From Eledone cirrhosa (lineage: Eukaryota), in NCBI GenBank assembly GCA_964016885.1, contig OZ024757.1:15562001-15626000 (forward strand): 64,000 bases of DNA. The letters run 5' to 3'. A program made the position numbers and the translations under genes. This document shows positions 13,399 to 25,961 of this stretch, piece by piece. Under the pieces are notes generated by a model. That model did no database searches, was not told where the DNA came from, and saw only the letters and a program-made list of their open reading frames with translations. Position 1 is the first letter of the stretch. Each line of letters begins with the position of its first letter.

Positions 13399-14062
13399 AT
13401 CATCATCATCATCATCATCAACGTTTAACGTCCGTGTTCCACGCTTGCATGGGTTTGGACGGGGGTAGTCCCACTTGAGGCAAGAGTGATTGTCTTGCTC
13501 GCATAGGACTGTCTGGCAGGTTTTCTACAGTTGGATGCCCTTCCTAACACCAACCACATTTACAGTGTGGGTCTGGGAGGTTTTTACCGTGTTGCCTACA
13601 CGGCCACATTACAGCGTGGACTGTGTGTTTTTTTGTCGTGACACCTACACGATCTCATTTGTTTCGGCCTCGATGGCGCGGCACCAACATAACTTTACAT
13701 AGAACGGGGTGGTGTGGATCGGGTGGGGGTGGTGGGACGGGGTGTATTTGTTAGAGATGCCTACTGGCTGGAGTAGGTTTTACTATATATTTAGGTAAGG
13801 CGGGTCTTCTCTGTTACTGAGTACCGCCAAAGGTCTCGGTCCAGTGACATTGTCTTGGAGAGGTGTAAGTGTGTGATGTCGGAGTTTATCAGCTCGTCCC
13901 AGGTTTTTCTAGGTCTGCCTATTCCGTGACTACCGTCTATCTTTATTGCCCTGCACTTTGTTATACAGCTATCGACTTTCATGCGCATCACGTGTCCATA
14001 CCAACGTAGCCTTCTCTCGAGTAAACAACATCTGATCCCTCTTATCTGATCCCTCTTATCTC
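13399..14062 (-). mobile_element. RTE-clade LINE 3' fragment with (GAT)n tail
   Basis: RRLRWYGHVMRMKVDSCITKCRAIKIDGSHGIGRPRKTWDELINSD...DRDLWRYSV is a typical RTE ORF C-terminus. Near-identical to 44236-45033. Confidence 0.85.
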
Positions 14063-14071
14063 TAATTTATT

Positions 14072-14114
<43 letters not shown>

Positions 14115-14183
14115 TATATAGTATACACATATATATGTGTATACACATATATATAGTATACACATATATATAGTATACACATA

Positions 14184-14227
<44 letters not shown>

Positions 14228-14654
14228 TATACACACATATAGATATATATATAGATATATATATATATATACATGTATTATATAGTATACACATATATAT
14301 GTATATACATATTATACATATATACAAATATATATATATATATATTTGTGTATTAATATACATATATTGATCTATAGCTAGCTAGATGTGTGACTTTATT
14401 AATAGATGGCTACAGTGAGAGAGGAGGAGGAGAGGGGGAGATGAGTACATGGAAAGCAAGAGATTATCACTTAAGTAGATGAACATGAGAGGAGGAGGAG
14501 AGAGAGAGAGTGATGCTGACAAGGAGAGTAAGAAGAGAGAGAGAGAGAGAGAGAGAAAGAGTGGGTAAGAAAAGAGAGACAGGTAGTAAGTAAGAAGAGG
14601 AGAGGTAGTAAAAAAAGGGGAGGAACGAGCTATATAGATAGAAAGGGAGAGTAA

Positions 14655-14705
<51 letters not shown>

Positions 14706-14900
14706 GATAAATCTACCAAGAGTTTACGGTAGAGTCCAATCCGTATGAAGAACTCAATGTATTCCGGATATCATGGAAAGAAGAGATGAGAAGATATATC
14801 ATGGAAATATCTGTATATATATATATATATATAATATATATATATATCTATATAAATATATATACATTAATTTATATATATATATATATTTATATATCAG

Positions 14901-14951
14901 GGCTTCCTGATGATTTCTCCCGAATGAAACAGTTCTAGTCCTGTAGAAGCC
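14901..14951 (+). ncRNA. Type I hammerhead ribozyme motif (Penelope-like pLTR family 1)
   Basis: ggcttc CTGATGA tttctcccgaat GAAA cag-ttctagtc-ctg TA gaagcc: complete core, 6-bp stem I, short stem II and stem III acag/ctgt. Confidence 0.8.
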
Positions 14952-15073
14952 ATTTCTATATTATATATATATACTCTGTTATGTATTGAGACCCTACTTA
15001 CTGTGGTTACACCGATTGAACCTGGGATAAACTTATATATATATATTAATATATATATATATATATATATATA

Positions 15074-15124
<51 letters not shown>

Positions 15125-15157
15125 ATAACAATAAATTTGAAGACTAAAATCCAAAGA

Positions 15158-15190
<33 letters not shown>

Positions 15191-15194
<4 letters not shown>

Positions 15195-15425
15195 AACAAG
15201 TAGGACCCCGATCGCTGAGCTCAAGCCGTTTTGACGGCTAATTCTGGACTAATTCTGGACGACTAATTCTGGACGACTAATTCAGTCCAGAATTAGCCGT
15301 TGAAACGGCTTGAGCTCAGCCATTGGGGTCCTACTTGTTCCAATTTCCCACTCTACTACCCTAAGTATTGAGTACTCTGGTGCGTTATGGTCCATCTGGT
15401 TCCTTACCACATTTCCTTTGTTATA
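15191..15425. mobile_element. Fold-back Penelope-like terminal fragment (family 5) in (TA)n
   Basis: Inverted arms 15191-15250 / 15284-15341. Same family at 16123-16300, 37898-37950, 46402-46612, 51046-51230 and ~62205-62290. Confidence 0.6.
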
Positions 15426-16299
15426 TATATATATATATGTATATATATATCTGTATATATATATGTATATATATATATCTGTATATATATATATATATCT
15501 GTATATATATATGTATATATATATATCCAAAATTAAGATAAATCAAATGAATTTAATCTAAATCAAAATTATGGGTGTCATGCCAGAAAGACATGCGCCA
15601 TATCACCCGCAAAATAAGCTCTAAGATTCTAACGAGTAGGTTCGATTTATCTTAATTTTGGATATAGATATATAAATACTGCTCCTTAATTGTAGAGCTA
15701 ACTCTGTTGAAAGGACTCGACTGCTGTTTCTAGTTGTCGATAACGCTATTCACGCCACTGGGACGAAGCGAGTATGATGTGTGTATTTCTAGTGAATACA
15801 ACACGTGGTGATGGCCAGTCGCAGATTTGAACTTGAAGTGTAAACATGGATTGCTGGAACTTTTTCCTTGTTGAAAATCCAAGTCTCCACTTCTGTGGTT
15901 TACCATCTGATTAATTGGTGAAATATATTTCTTTAATGGAATATATACAGGGAAGATTAATCATATTATAAGGTATCTATTTTTGAAGTTCTGGTCAACT
16001 TTATTTAGTTACCTACCTAGCTATGTGTGGTTACACACTTGTAAAAATTATCTCCTGTGATTATTCATGTTTATTTATATGTTAATTAATCTCTAGTTAT
16101 TATATATATATATATATATATATAACGAAATGTGGTAAGGAACCAGATGGACCATAACGCACCAGAGTACTCAATACTTAGGGTAGTAGAGTGGGTAATA
16201 GGAAAATGTATGACCCTGACGGCAGAGCTCAAGCCGTTGTGACGGCTCTTTCTGACGTTGAAACGGCTTGAGCTCTGCCATCGGGGTCATACATTTTCC

Positions 16300-16330
<31 letters not shown>

Positions 16331-16431
16331 GTGAGTCCCAGGTTCAATCGGGGATAACCACACAATAAGTAAGGTACTCAATACATTAGTAGAGTGTAAA
16401 CATCTAAGACATGCTAGCATGGAAAATGGGT

Positions 16432-17758
16432 GATGATGATGATGATATATATATATAAATCATCATCATTGTTTAATGTCCATCTTCCACGCTAGCATGG
16501 GTTGGACGGTTGTGTCCCACTTGAGGCAACATTGATTGGGTGACCGTGTCTCGCTCGTACAGAACTGTCCCTGGTAGGTTTTCTACAGCTGGATGCCCTT
16601 CCTAACACCAACCACATTTACAGTGTGGAACTGGGAGCCTTTTTACTGTGTCTCCTACATGACCACTTTACAGTGTGGAACTGGGAGCCTTTTTACTGTG
16701 TCTCCTACATGACCACTTTACAGTGTGGACTAGGAGCCTTTTTACTATATCTCCTACATGACCACTTTACAGTGTGGACTGGGAGCCTTTTTACTATATC
16801 TCCTACATGACCACTTTACAGTGTGGACTGGGAGCCTTTTTACTATGTCTCCTACATGACCACTTTACAGTGTGGACTGGGAGCCTTTTTACTATGTCTC
16901 CTACATGACCACTTTACAGTGTGGAACTGGGAGCCTTTTTACTATGTCTCCTACATGACCACTTTACAGTGTGGACTGGGAGCCTTTTTTACTGTGTCTC
17001 CTACATGACCACTTTACAGTGTGGACTGGGAGCCTTTTTACTGTGTCTCCTACATGACCACTTTACAGTGTGGACTGGGAGCCTTTTTACTGTGTCTCCT
17101 ACATGACCTCTTTACAGTGTGGACTGGGAGCCTTTTTACTGTGTCTCCTACATGACCACTTTACAGTGTGGAACTGGGAGCCTTTTTACTGTGTCTCCTA
17201 CATGACCACTTTACAGTGTGGACTGGGAGCCTTTTTACTGTGTCTCCTACATGACCACTTTACAGTGTGGACTGGGAGCCTTTTTACTGTGTCTCCTACA
17301 TGACCACTTTACAGTGTGGACTGGGAGCTTTTTACTATGTCTCCTACATGACCACTTTACAGTGGGGACTGGGAGCCTTTTTACTATGTCTCCTACATGA
17401 CCACTTTACAGTGTGGACTGGGAGCCTTTTTACTGTGTCTCCTACATGACCACTTTACAGTGTGGAACTGGGAGCCTTTTTACTGTGTCTCCTACATGAC
17501 CACTTTACAGTGTGGACTGGGAGCCTTTTTACTGTGTCTCCTACATGACCACTTTACAGTGTGGAACTGGGTGCTTTTTGTTGTGTCAACGACACGACCA
17601 CTTTACAGTGCACGGAAATGGTAGGATGGAGTAGGGGTGTGGGGTGGGGGTGTATATTGGGTTAAGAGGTGCCTACTGACTGTAGGTTTAAGTTTTTATG
17701 CAAGGGAAAGCAGGTCTTCTGTACAACTGCATAGCACCAAAATTCTTGATCCAGTGAC
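16432..17758 (-). mobile_element. RTE LINE 3' end whose UTR contains an expanded 49-bp tandem array
   Basis: Flanks match the 13.4-13.85 kb RTE copy. About 20 copies of tacagtgtggactgggagcctttttactgtgtctcctacatgaccactt lie at 16619-17610. Confidence 0.85.
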
Positions 17759-17784
17759 ATATATATATATATATATATATATAG

Positions 17785-17975
17785 TAATTGTTTCTACTTT
17801 AGGCACAAGGCCAGCAAATTACCCAGTGCATTACTGGTACTTTATTTTATCGACCCCGTAAGGATGAAAGGCAAAGTCAACCTCGGCGGGATTTGAACTC
17901 AGATCGTAAAGGGACGTAACTGTGCTGGAAAACATGGCGTCCGACCCTCTACCGATACTGCCAATCCACCGCCAT
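17785..17975 (-). mobile_element. tRNA-derived SINE family B, full length
   Basis: Minus head ggcggtggattggcagtatcggtagag (A-box-like) and gagttcaaatccc (B-box-like). More than 10 copies in the window. Confidence 0.85.
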
Positions 17976-18000
17976 TATATATATATACTATATATATATA

Positions 18001-18185
18001 GTAATGATAATAAATTTGAAGACTAAAATCCAAAGAGGGCTCGATAAGGATAGATATATATCAAATATATAAGAACCGTAGAGCAAATATTTATTAAAAT
18101 AACAGATTAAAGTTTAAGCAAAGAATCCCGTTAAGGGTGAAAGCAGCGATTCTTTGCTTAAACTTTAATCTGTTATTTTAATATA
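18001..18185. mobile_element. Penelope-like terminal fragment (family 3) with inverted arms
   Basis: Arms 18092-18127 / 18148-18183. Same sequence at 23249-23790 and 38341-38600; stubs at 15121 and 62289. Confidence 0.6.
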
Positions 18186-18276
18186 TATATATATATATAT
18201 ATTTCGTTTCTGAATTTGTTTAGCAAGATTCTTTATCTGGCAACATGACCCTCCCAAAGTATAACAATATATATAT

Positions 18277-19020
18277 GGAGGCACATGGCTTAGTGGTTAG
18301 AGCATTGGCCTTGCAATCTAAAGGTTGTGAGTTCAATTCTCAGACCGGGTGATGTGTTGTTTCCTTGAGCAAGACACTTTATTTCACATTGCTCCAGTTT
18401 ACTCAGCTGTAGAAATGAAATGATAGGACTGGAGTCCCTATCATTCCACTGCAAAGTGGTCGTGGAGGTGCCACGGAAAAAAAGCACCTAGCACTCACTG
18501 TAAAATGGACGTGTAGGTGCCACGAAAAAAAAAGCACCCAGCACTCACTGTAAAATGGACGTGTAGGCGCCACAGAAAAAAAAGCACCCAGCACAATGGA
18601 CATGTAGGCGCCACGGAAAAAAAAGCACCTAGCACTCACTGTAAAATGGACGTGTAGGCGCCACGGAAAAAAAAGCACCTAGCACTCACTGTAAAATGGA
18701 CGTGTAGGCGCCACGGAAAAAAAAGCACCTAGCACTCACTGTAAAATGGATGTGTAGGCGCCACGGAAAAAAAAGCACCCAGCACTCACTGTAAAATGGA
18801 TGTGTAGGCGCCACGGAAAAAAAAGCACCCAGCACTCACTGTAAATGAGGTTGGTGTTAGGAAGGGCATCCAGCTGTATAAATCAAGCCAAATCAGTTCC
18901 TGTATGAGCAAGGCATGGTCAGCCGACCAGACACTGCCCACAACAGGACAACCCGTCTAACCCATGCTAGCGTGGAAGAACGGACGTAAAACAGTGATGA
19001 TGATGATGATGATGATGATA
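18277..19020 (+). mobile_element. tRNA-derived SINE family A with RTE-type 3' tail and an internal ~50-bp tandem expansion
   Basis: Head ggaggcacatggcttagtggttagagc ... gagttcaattctc. Tail gttggtgttaggaagggcatccagctgta...(GAT)n is shared with the RTE LINE. About 7 units lie at 18470-18845; the unexpanded copy is at 43174-43522. Confidence 0.85.
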
Positions 19021-19294
19021 TATGCAAGAGAGAGAAAGAGAAGGACAAACACAACTATATGCCCGCTTGCTTTGCTCTTCATGGTTGGCATATCTAGGTG
19101 ATTATTTTATCATCTATATTGCTGTTGCTGCACCTGTGTGCATGAAGCAATGCTGCTGTTGCTGTTGCTGTTGTTGTTGTTGCATTTGCATCAAGATGTT
19201 GCAAGTCATGTGACATGTGTGACTGAGAGAAACGTTTAAAGAAAAGTGAATGAGAAAAGGAACTAGAGAACTGATGAAGCATGTCTGTTGTGTG

Positions 19295-19298
19295 CCTG

Positions 19299-19329
<31 letters not shown>

Positions 19330-19397
19330 GTATATATGTGTGAGTTTCTCTCTGAGTGTATGTGTGTATATATATGTATATATGTGTGAGTTTGTCT

Positions 19398-19441
<44 letters not shown>

Positions 19442-19600
19442 GTGTGAGTTTCTCACTGAGTGTGTGTGTATATATATATATATATGTATATATGTGTGAG
19501 TTTGTCTCTGAGTGTGTGTGTGTATATATATGTATATATGTGTGAGTTTCTCACTGAGTGTGTGTGTATATATATATGTATATATGTGTGAGTTTGTCTC

Positions 19601-19649
<49 letters not shown>

Positions 19650-19815
19650 GTGTGAGTTTGTCTCTGAGTGTGTGTGAGTTTGTCTTAGTGTGTATATATA
19701 TATGTATATACGTGTGAGTTTGTCTTAGTGTGTGTGTATATATATGTATATATGTGTGTGTTTGTCTCTGAGTGTGTGTGTGTATATATATATGTATATA
19801 TGTGTGAGTTTGTCT

Positions 19816-19849
<34 letters not shown>

Positions 19850-20348
19850 GCATGAGTTTGTCTCTGAGTGTGTGTGTATATATATATGTATATATGTGTG
19901 AGTTTGTCTCTGAGTGTGTGTGTATACATATATATATATATGTATATATGTGTGAGTTTGTCTCTGTGTGTGTGTGTATATATATATGTATATATGTGTG
20001 TGTATATATATATATGTATATATGTGTGAGTTTCTCACTGAGTGTGTGTGTATATATATATATGTATATATGTGTGAGTTTGTCTCTGAGTGTGTGTGAG
20101 TTTGTCTTAGTGTGTGTGTGTATATATATAGATATGTATATGTGTGAGTTTGTCTCTGAGTGTGTGTGTATATATATATATGTATATATGTGTGAGTGTC
20201 TCTCTGAGTGTATGTGTATATATATATGTATATATGTGTGAGTTTGTCTTAGTGTGTGTGTGTATATATATATGTATATATGTGTGAGTTTGTCTTAGTG
20301 TGTGTGTGTATATATATATGTATATATGTGTGAGTTTGTCTTAGTGTG

Positions 20349-20389
<41 letters not shown>

Positions 20390-20405
20390 GTGAGTTTGTC
20401 TCTGA

Positions 20406-20439
<34 letters not shown>

Positions 20440-20790
20440 GTGTATATGTGTGAGTTTGTCTTAGTGTGTGTGTATATATATATGTATATATGTGTGAGTT
20501 TCTCACTGAGTGTGTGTGTATATATATGTATATATGTGTGAGTTTGTCTCTGAGTGTGTGTGTGTGTATATATGTATATATGTGTGAGTTTGTCTCAGAG
20601 TGTGTGTGTATATATATATATATATGTGTGTGTTTGTCTGTGTGTGTGTATATATATGTATATATGTGTGAGTTTGTCTTAGAGTGTGTGTATATATATA
20701 TGTATATATGTGTGAGTTTGTCTTAGAGTGTGTGTGTGTATATATATATATATGTGTGAGTTTGTCTTAGAGTGTGTGTGTGTGTATACA
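19295..20790. repeat. Compound minisatellite (gtgtgagtttgtctctgag + (TG)n(TA)n), ~45-60 bp units
   Basis: Direct reading. Confidence 0.9.
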
Positions 20791-21061
20791 TATATATATA
20801 TACATATGTGTGTGTGTGTATCCTATCTTTATATCTATGTATATAACTATGTGTGCATGTATGCATATATATATATGTATGTGTGTATACATATATACAC
20901 ATATATACTTTTATATGTGAATATATATACAAACATACATACGTAAATACTCACACTCACACACATATATATATGACAGTGAGAGAGTGTGTGTGTGTGT
21001 TGTGCTGTGTGTATGTTTGAATGTTCTGATGTATAAAGGGTCAATAAGAAAGGAGGAGAGA

Positions 21062-22022
21062 TAGAGAGAGAGAGGTATACAGTACCAGAGAGAGAGAGGT
21101 ATACAGTACCAGAGAGAGAGGTATACAGTACCAGCGAGAGAAGTATACAGTACCAGAGAGAGAGGTGTCCAGTACCAGAGAGAGAGGTATACAGTTCCAG
21201 AGAGAGAGAGGTATACAGTTCCAGAGAGAGCGGTATACAGTTCCAGAGAGAGAGAGGTATACAGTTCCAGAGAGAGCGGTATACAGTACCAGAGAGAGAG
21301 GTATACAGTTCCAGAGAGAGAGGTATACAGTACTAGAGAGAGAGATATACAGTTCCAGAGAGAGAGGTATACAGTACCAGAGAGAGAGGTATACAGTACC
21401 AGAGAGAGAAGTATACAGTACCAGAGAGAGAGGTGTCCAGTACCAGAGAGAGAGGTATACAGTTCCAGAGAGAGAGAGGTATACAGTTCCAGAGAGAGCA
21501 GTATACAGTTCCAGAGAGAGAGAGGTATACAGTTCCAGAGAGAGCGGTATACAGTACCAGAGAGAGAGGTATACAGTTCCAGAGAGAGAGGTATACAGTA
21601 CTAGAGAGAGAGATATACAGTTCCAGAGAGAGAGGTATACAGTTCCAGAGAGAGAGAGGGGTATACAGTTCCAGAGAGAGAGGTATACAGTTCCAGAGAG
21701 AGAGGTATACAGTACCAGAGAGAGAGGTATACAGTTCCAGAGAGAGAGGTATACAGTACCAGAGAGAGAGGTATACAGTTCCAGAGAGAGAGGTATACAG
21801 TTCCAGAGAGAGAGGTATACAGTACCAGAGAGAGCGGTATACAGTACCAGAGAGAGAGAGGTATACAGTTCCAGAGAGAGAGGTATACAGTACCAGAGAG
21901 AGAGGTATACAGTACCAGAGAGAGAGAGGTATACAGTACCAGAGAGAGAGAGAGAGGTATACAGTACCAGAGAGAGAGGTATACAGTTCCAGAGAGAGAG
22001 AGAGAGAGGTATACAGTTCCAG
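21062..22022. repeat. ~22-bp minisatellite (GA)n-ggtatacagtWcca with a 268-bp duplication
   Basis: Direct reading. The variant gtgtccagtacc occurs at 21165 and 21433. Confidence 0.9.
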
Positions 22023-22656
22023 CTACAAAGGACAGACATGTGTGGGAGAGTTTACACTTGTAAGCTTCAGAAGATGTGAAGAATACAATGAATCTGTGTG
22101 TGTATATGCATATATTAGATGTGTGTGAGTGTGTGTGTGTATACAAATATATATTATGCATGTATGTATATATATATATATATACATATATATACACATA
22201 CATGATATATGTTTGTATATATATACACATGCACACACACACTTTAGTGTGTATATATATACTTTATATAATATAAATATATATACATCATATAATATAA
22301 ATATATATATATATAAATCATATAATATATATGCATTATATAATACAAATATATATATATATATTTATATATATATATGTATATTTGAATGTATATGTAA
22401 ATGTGTGTATATGAACGTGTGTGTGTGTATATATGTATATGAATGTGGTGAGTATGTGGTGTGTGTATGAATGTATGTATGTGTAAATAAATAATAGCTT
22501 TTATAACAATATTTAAGAATTGGTGAAAAGTGATAGAAAGAATTTACAAAAGAAGAAATATCAATTGTAACATAAATGGGTGCTATTTGAGATACAGCCG
22601 AAATATAATGGTGAGTGTGTGTGTGTATATATATAAATATATATATAGAGAGAGAG

Positions 22657-23230
22657 ATAAATATACACGGGTGTGTATGATTGTGTATAGAAGATTATAT
22701 TAATAAAAGGAATTCCAACTTTGTCTGATTTACTTGTTTTATTTACAATCCTTTAAAATTTATAATGGTATTAGAATGAAATAGTATGGTAGAATATTAA
22801 ATGTTAAGTGTTAATAAAGTACCAGTAATGCACTGGGTGATTGCTGGCCTTGTGCCTAAAGTAGAAACAATTAAATGTTAAGTGTTTATTGAACAAGTAC
22901 TTTCATGCTTTCGCAATCTTCAGGTTCATATTGTGTGGTGACAGTCAAGATTGCAATTTTCAACAGTTGAAAATTGCAAACTTGACTGTCACCACACAAT
23001 ATGAACCTGAAGATTGCGAAAGCATGAAAGTACTTGTTCAATAAACACTTAACATTTAATTGTTTCTACAGGCACAAGGCCAGCAATTATCCAGTGCATT
23101 ACTGGTACTTTATTAACACTTAACATTTAATATTCTACCATACTATTTCATTCTAATAACATTATAAATTTTAAAGGATTGTAAATAAAACGAGTAAATC
23201 AGACAAAATTGGAATTCCTTTTATTAATAT
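22657..23230. mobile_element. Penelope-like element end (family 2) duplicated as a ~530-bp palindrome centred at 22965
   Basis: Arms 22696-22964 / 22966-23230 are near-perfect reverse complements. A non-inverted copy lies at 48497-48744. Confidence 0.75.
23002..23040 (+). ncRNA. Minimal type I hammerhead ribozyme motif (family 2); mirror copy on minus at 22890-22928
   Basis: tgaac CTGAAGA t-tgc-gaaa-gca-t GAAA gtac TT gttca: stem I tgaac/gttca, GAAA-capped stem II, palindromic stem III AGTACT. Confidence 0.8.
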
Positions 23231-23248
23231 ATATATATATATATATAT

Positions 23249-23779
23249 AGTAAAAATAATAAAATTGAAGACTAAAATCCAAAGAGGGCTCGATAAGGAA
23301 AATATATATCAAATATATAAGAACCGCAGAGCAAATATTTATTAAAATAACAGATTAAAGTTTAAGCAAAGAATCGCTGCTTTCACCATTAACGGGATCT
23401 TCTGAAACTAACAAAGTCAATCTGTAAACGCAGAACTGGATATTTCAAAAAAACGTTTTTTCGTTCATCGCCAGAGAACGTCTCTATGCACCACCTAAGA
23501 GAACATTAGTCTTCAACCTCTTTTATACCATAAACGTGGTTTTGTCTTTGCGTGTAATTGTTTTTCACCGCTCCTATTAATGACGTATTATTCGTTTTTT
23601 CCCGTTCTTTGCCAGCGAACGTTACCACGAACCAAAGTATCGTCTTCCTGTCTTCCTCCGGTTGCAACGTTTTTTGAAATATCCAGTTCTGTGTTTACAG
23701 ATTGACTTTGTTAGCTTCAGAAGATCCCGTTAAGGGTGAAAGCAGCGATTCTTTGCTTAAACTTTAATCTGTTATTTTA

Positions 23780-23790
<11 letters not shown>
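23249..23790. mobile_element. Penelope-like fragment (family 3) with inverted arms 23334-23457 / 23666-23788
   Basis: Reverse-complement arms read directly; embedded in (TA)n; carries a hammerhead-like motif in each arm. Confidence 0.7.
23713..23763 (+). ncRNA. Hammerhead-like motif with variant core CAGAAGA (family 3); mirror copy on minus at 23359-23409
   Basis: agctt CAGAAGA t-ccc-gttaa-ggg-t GAAA gca-gcgattctt-tgc TT aaact. The minus copy has a perfect stem I agttt/aaact. Confidence 0.55.
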
Positions 23791-23843
<53 letters not shown>

Positions 23844-23964
23844 TAGCCGAATTACCAGCACCTTGCTGCGTTTCACACATTTTTTTTTTGTAAGAAAATG
23901 ATGAATGATTTTAAATCAGTGGTATAACAATAACAACAACAACAGCAACGCAAACAACAGCGAT

Positions 23965-24362
23965 ATAGGTAGTGTACAGTTAGATGGCACATATATAAGA
24001 CTACTGAGGAAAGTGCAAAATATGTCTTGGAGGGAGCAGAGAACAACCAAGTCGCTATATGGTGAAGTGAGACCGATCACAGACATCATAAAGGTTAGAA
24101 GACTTAGTCTCATAGGTAACGTATGCTAAAGAGATCAGGCAGAGGCATTACACCAGTCAGTGTTATAGGAGCCCACACATGGTAGAAGAACAAGAGGTTG
24201 GCATCATGCTATGCTTTCTGGAATGGGTTTATAAAGACACGAATCTTAGAAAGAATGAATTAGTGGAAGCTATGCTGGATAGGGACAAGTGGAAATTAAT
24301 AATTATTAACACTGTCTGAGGAAACTCAACATGATGATAATGATGATGATGGTGATGATGAT
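23965..24362 (+). mobile_element. Degraded RTE/RTEX-type LINE 3' fragment
   Basis: QLDGTYIRLLRKVQNMSWREQRTTKSLYGEVRPITDIIKVRRLSLIG...EPTHGRRTRG with stops, then a (GAT)n tail. Confidence 0.7.
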
Positions 24363-25315
24363 GAAAACAAGAAAAACAGCAGGTTATGTACTTGTTATAG
24401 TTTATAAATGAAGGTGCATAGCTGATTGGCTAGAGGATTGGATTCACAATTGTGAGGTTGTGATTTTGATTCCCAGACCAAGAGATGCATTATGTCCTTG
24501 AGCAAGACACTTTATTTCACATTGCTCCTTCTACTTGGAGTTGTGGCCGACAGATAGTATTAGCAATTGGAAAGACCAATGGAAACATTGTTTCCTCGGT
24601 CTGATTTGACAAACTCCACCCCACTCATTAAGCGAATGAGGTCTGAGATCTTGTCGATAGACTGTTGATATAGTTTATAAACTGGCAAAACAGAGACCAA
24701 CACATTTATAATGGAATGACTATGACAATTGACACATACCTAAAGAGGCCATGTTGAGTAGGAACAAATGGAGAAGTATCATTATAAATGTTGTCAGTGG
24801 AAACTCAACATGATGATGATGAAGGAATATGGCTCAGTGATTAGGGTGTTTGTGAAGGCATGTGGCCTAGTGGTAAAGGTGTTGGACTTACGATCATGAT
24901 GTCATAGGTTGATTCCTGTGTGTAGAGTTCTTGAGCAAAACACTTCATTTCATGTTGCTCCAGTATACTCAGCTGAAAATGAGTACCAGCTATAGCTGGG
25001 GGCTTAACCCTGCGATGGGATGGTGTCCTGTCCAGGAGGAAGTCTTGTACTCTCAGTAGCTTCACGCCATGAAACCGGGGTAAGCACTGGCTCAACGCAC
25101 TGCTTGCAACACATGAGGGCATGCATGCATGATGAGGGTGTTTGGCTCACAATTGTGAGGTCAAGAGATGGATTCCTGGCTGCAGCAACCATTACGATCT
25201 ATAGATTCCATTTTCCTCCACAGAACAACATTTGTGTTCCTCAAATTATGTTGTGTCCTTCATCAAATATTATTAGTTGTTCTGGCGACAAATTCGCATA
25301 AGGCAAAGAACTAAC

Positions 25316-25755
25316 TACCCTATTTTCCGGCGCCGAAGACATTTTGTCCTTGAGGGCGCACCCTAATTTTGACCAAAAATTAAAAAAAAATAATAAACAA
25401 CCTTTGGCATCCAGGACGCATGGTAGATTTTTGAGACTTATTTTAGGAAAAAAGTAGCATCCAGGACGCATGGTAGATTTTTGAGACTTATTTTAGGAAA
25501 AAAGTAGCATCCAGGACGCATGGTAGATTTTTGAGACTTATTTTAGGAAAAAAGTAGCATCCAGGACGCATGGTAGATTTTTGAGACTTATTTTAGGAAA
25601 AAAGTAGCATCCAGGACGCATGGTAGATTTTTGAGACTTATTTTAGGAAAAAAGTAGCATCCAGGACGCATGGTAGATTTTTGAGACTTATTTTAGGAAA
25701 AAAGTAGCATCCAGGACGCATGGTAGATTTTTGAGACTTATTTTAGGAAAATACA
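25316..25755. mobile_element. pogo/Tigger-like MITE with an internal 50-bp tandem expansion (~7 copies, 25407-25750)
   Basis: Begins taccctattttccggcgccgaagac. The unexpanded copy at 31837-32007 ends ...gaaatacggta. Unit atccaggacgcatggtagatttttgagacttattttaggaaaaaagtagc at 50-bp spacing. Confidence 0.75.
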
Positions 25756-25961
25756 TTCTGGGCTCAGTTTACTCTGAGGTCAATTTAGCCTTCCACACAT
25801 TTTGAGGTTAATAAATCAAGTGCTTATCCAGTCCAGTAGTAAGTGTTGATTTCTCTTCTGCTTCTGTTTCTTCTCTGGAATAAAATTAGCTGTGTTCAGC
25901 CCTTAAAATGTTCAAGACATGTTGTGAATCAGAATGTCATCCCCATAAACTCCATCTGGGT

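Noticed and set aside
18277-18350. tRNA gene-like A/B boxes (many copies)
   Set aside because: No complete cloverleaf; each continues into a SINE body, so these are SINE heads.
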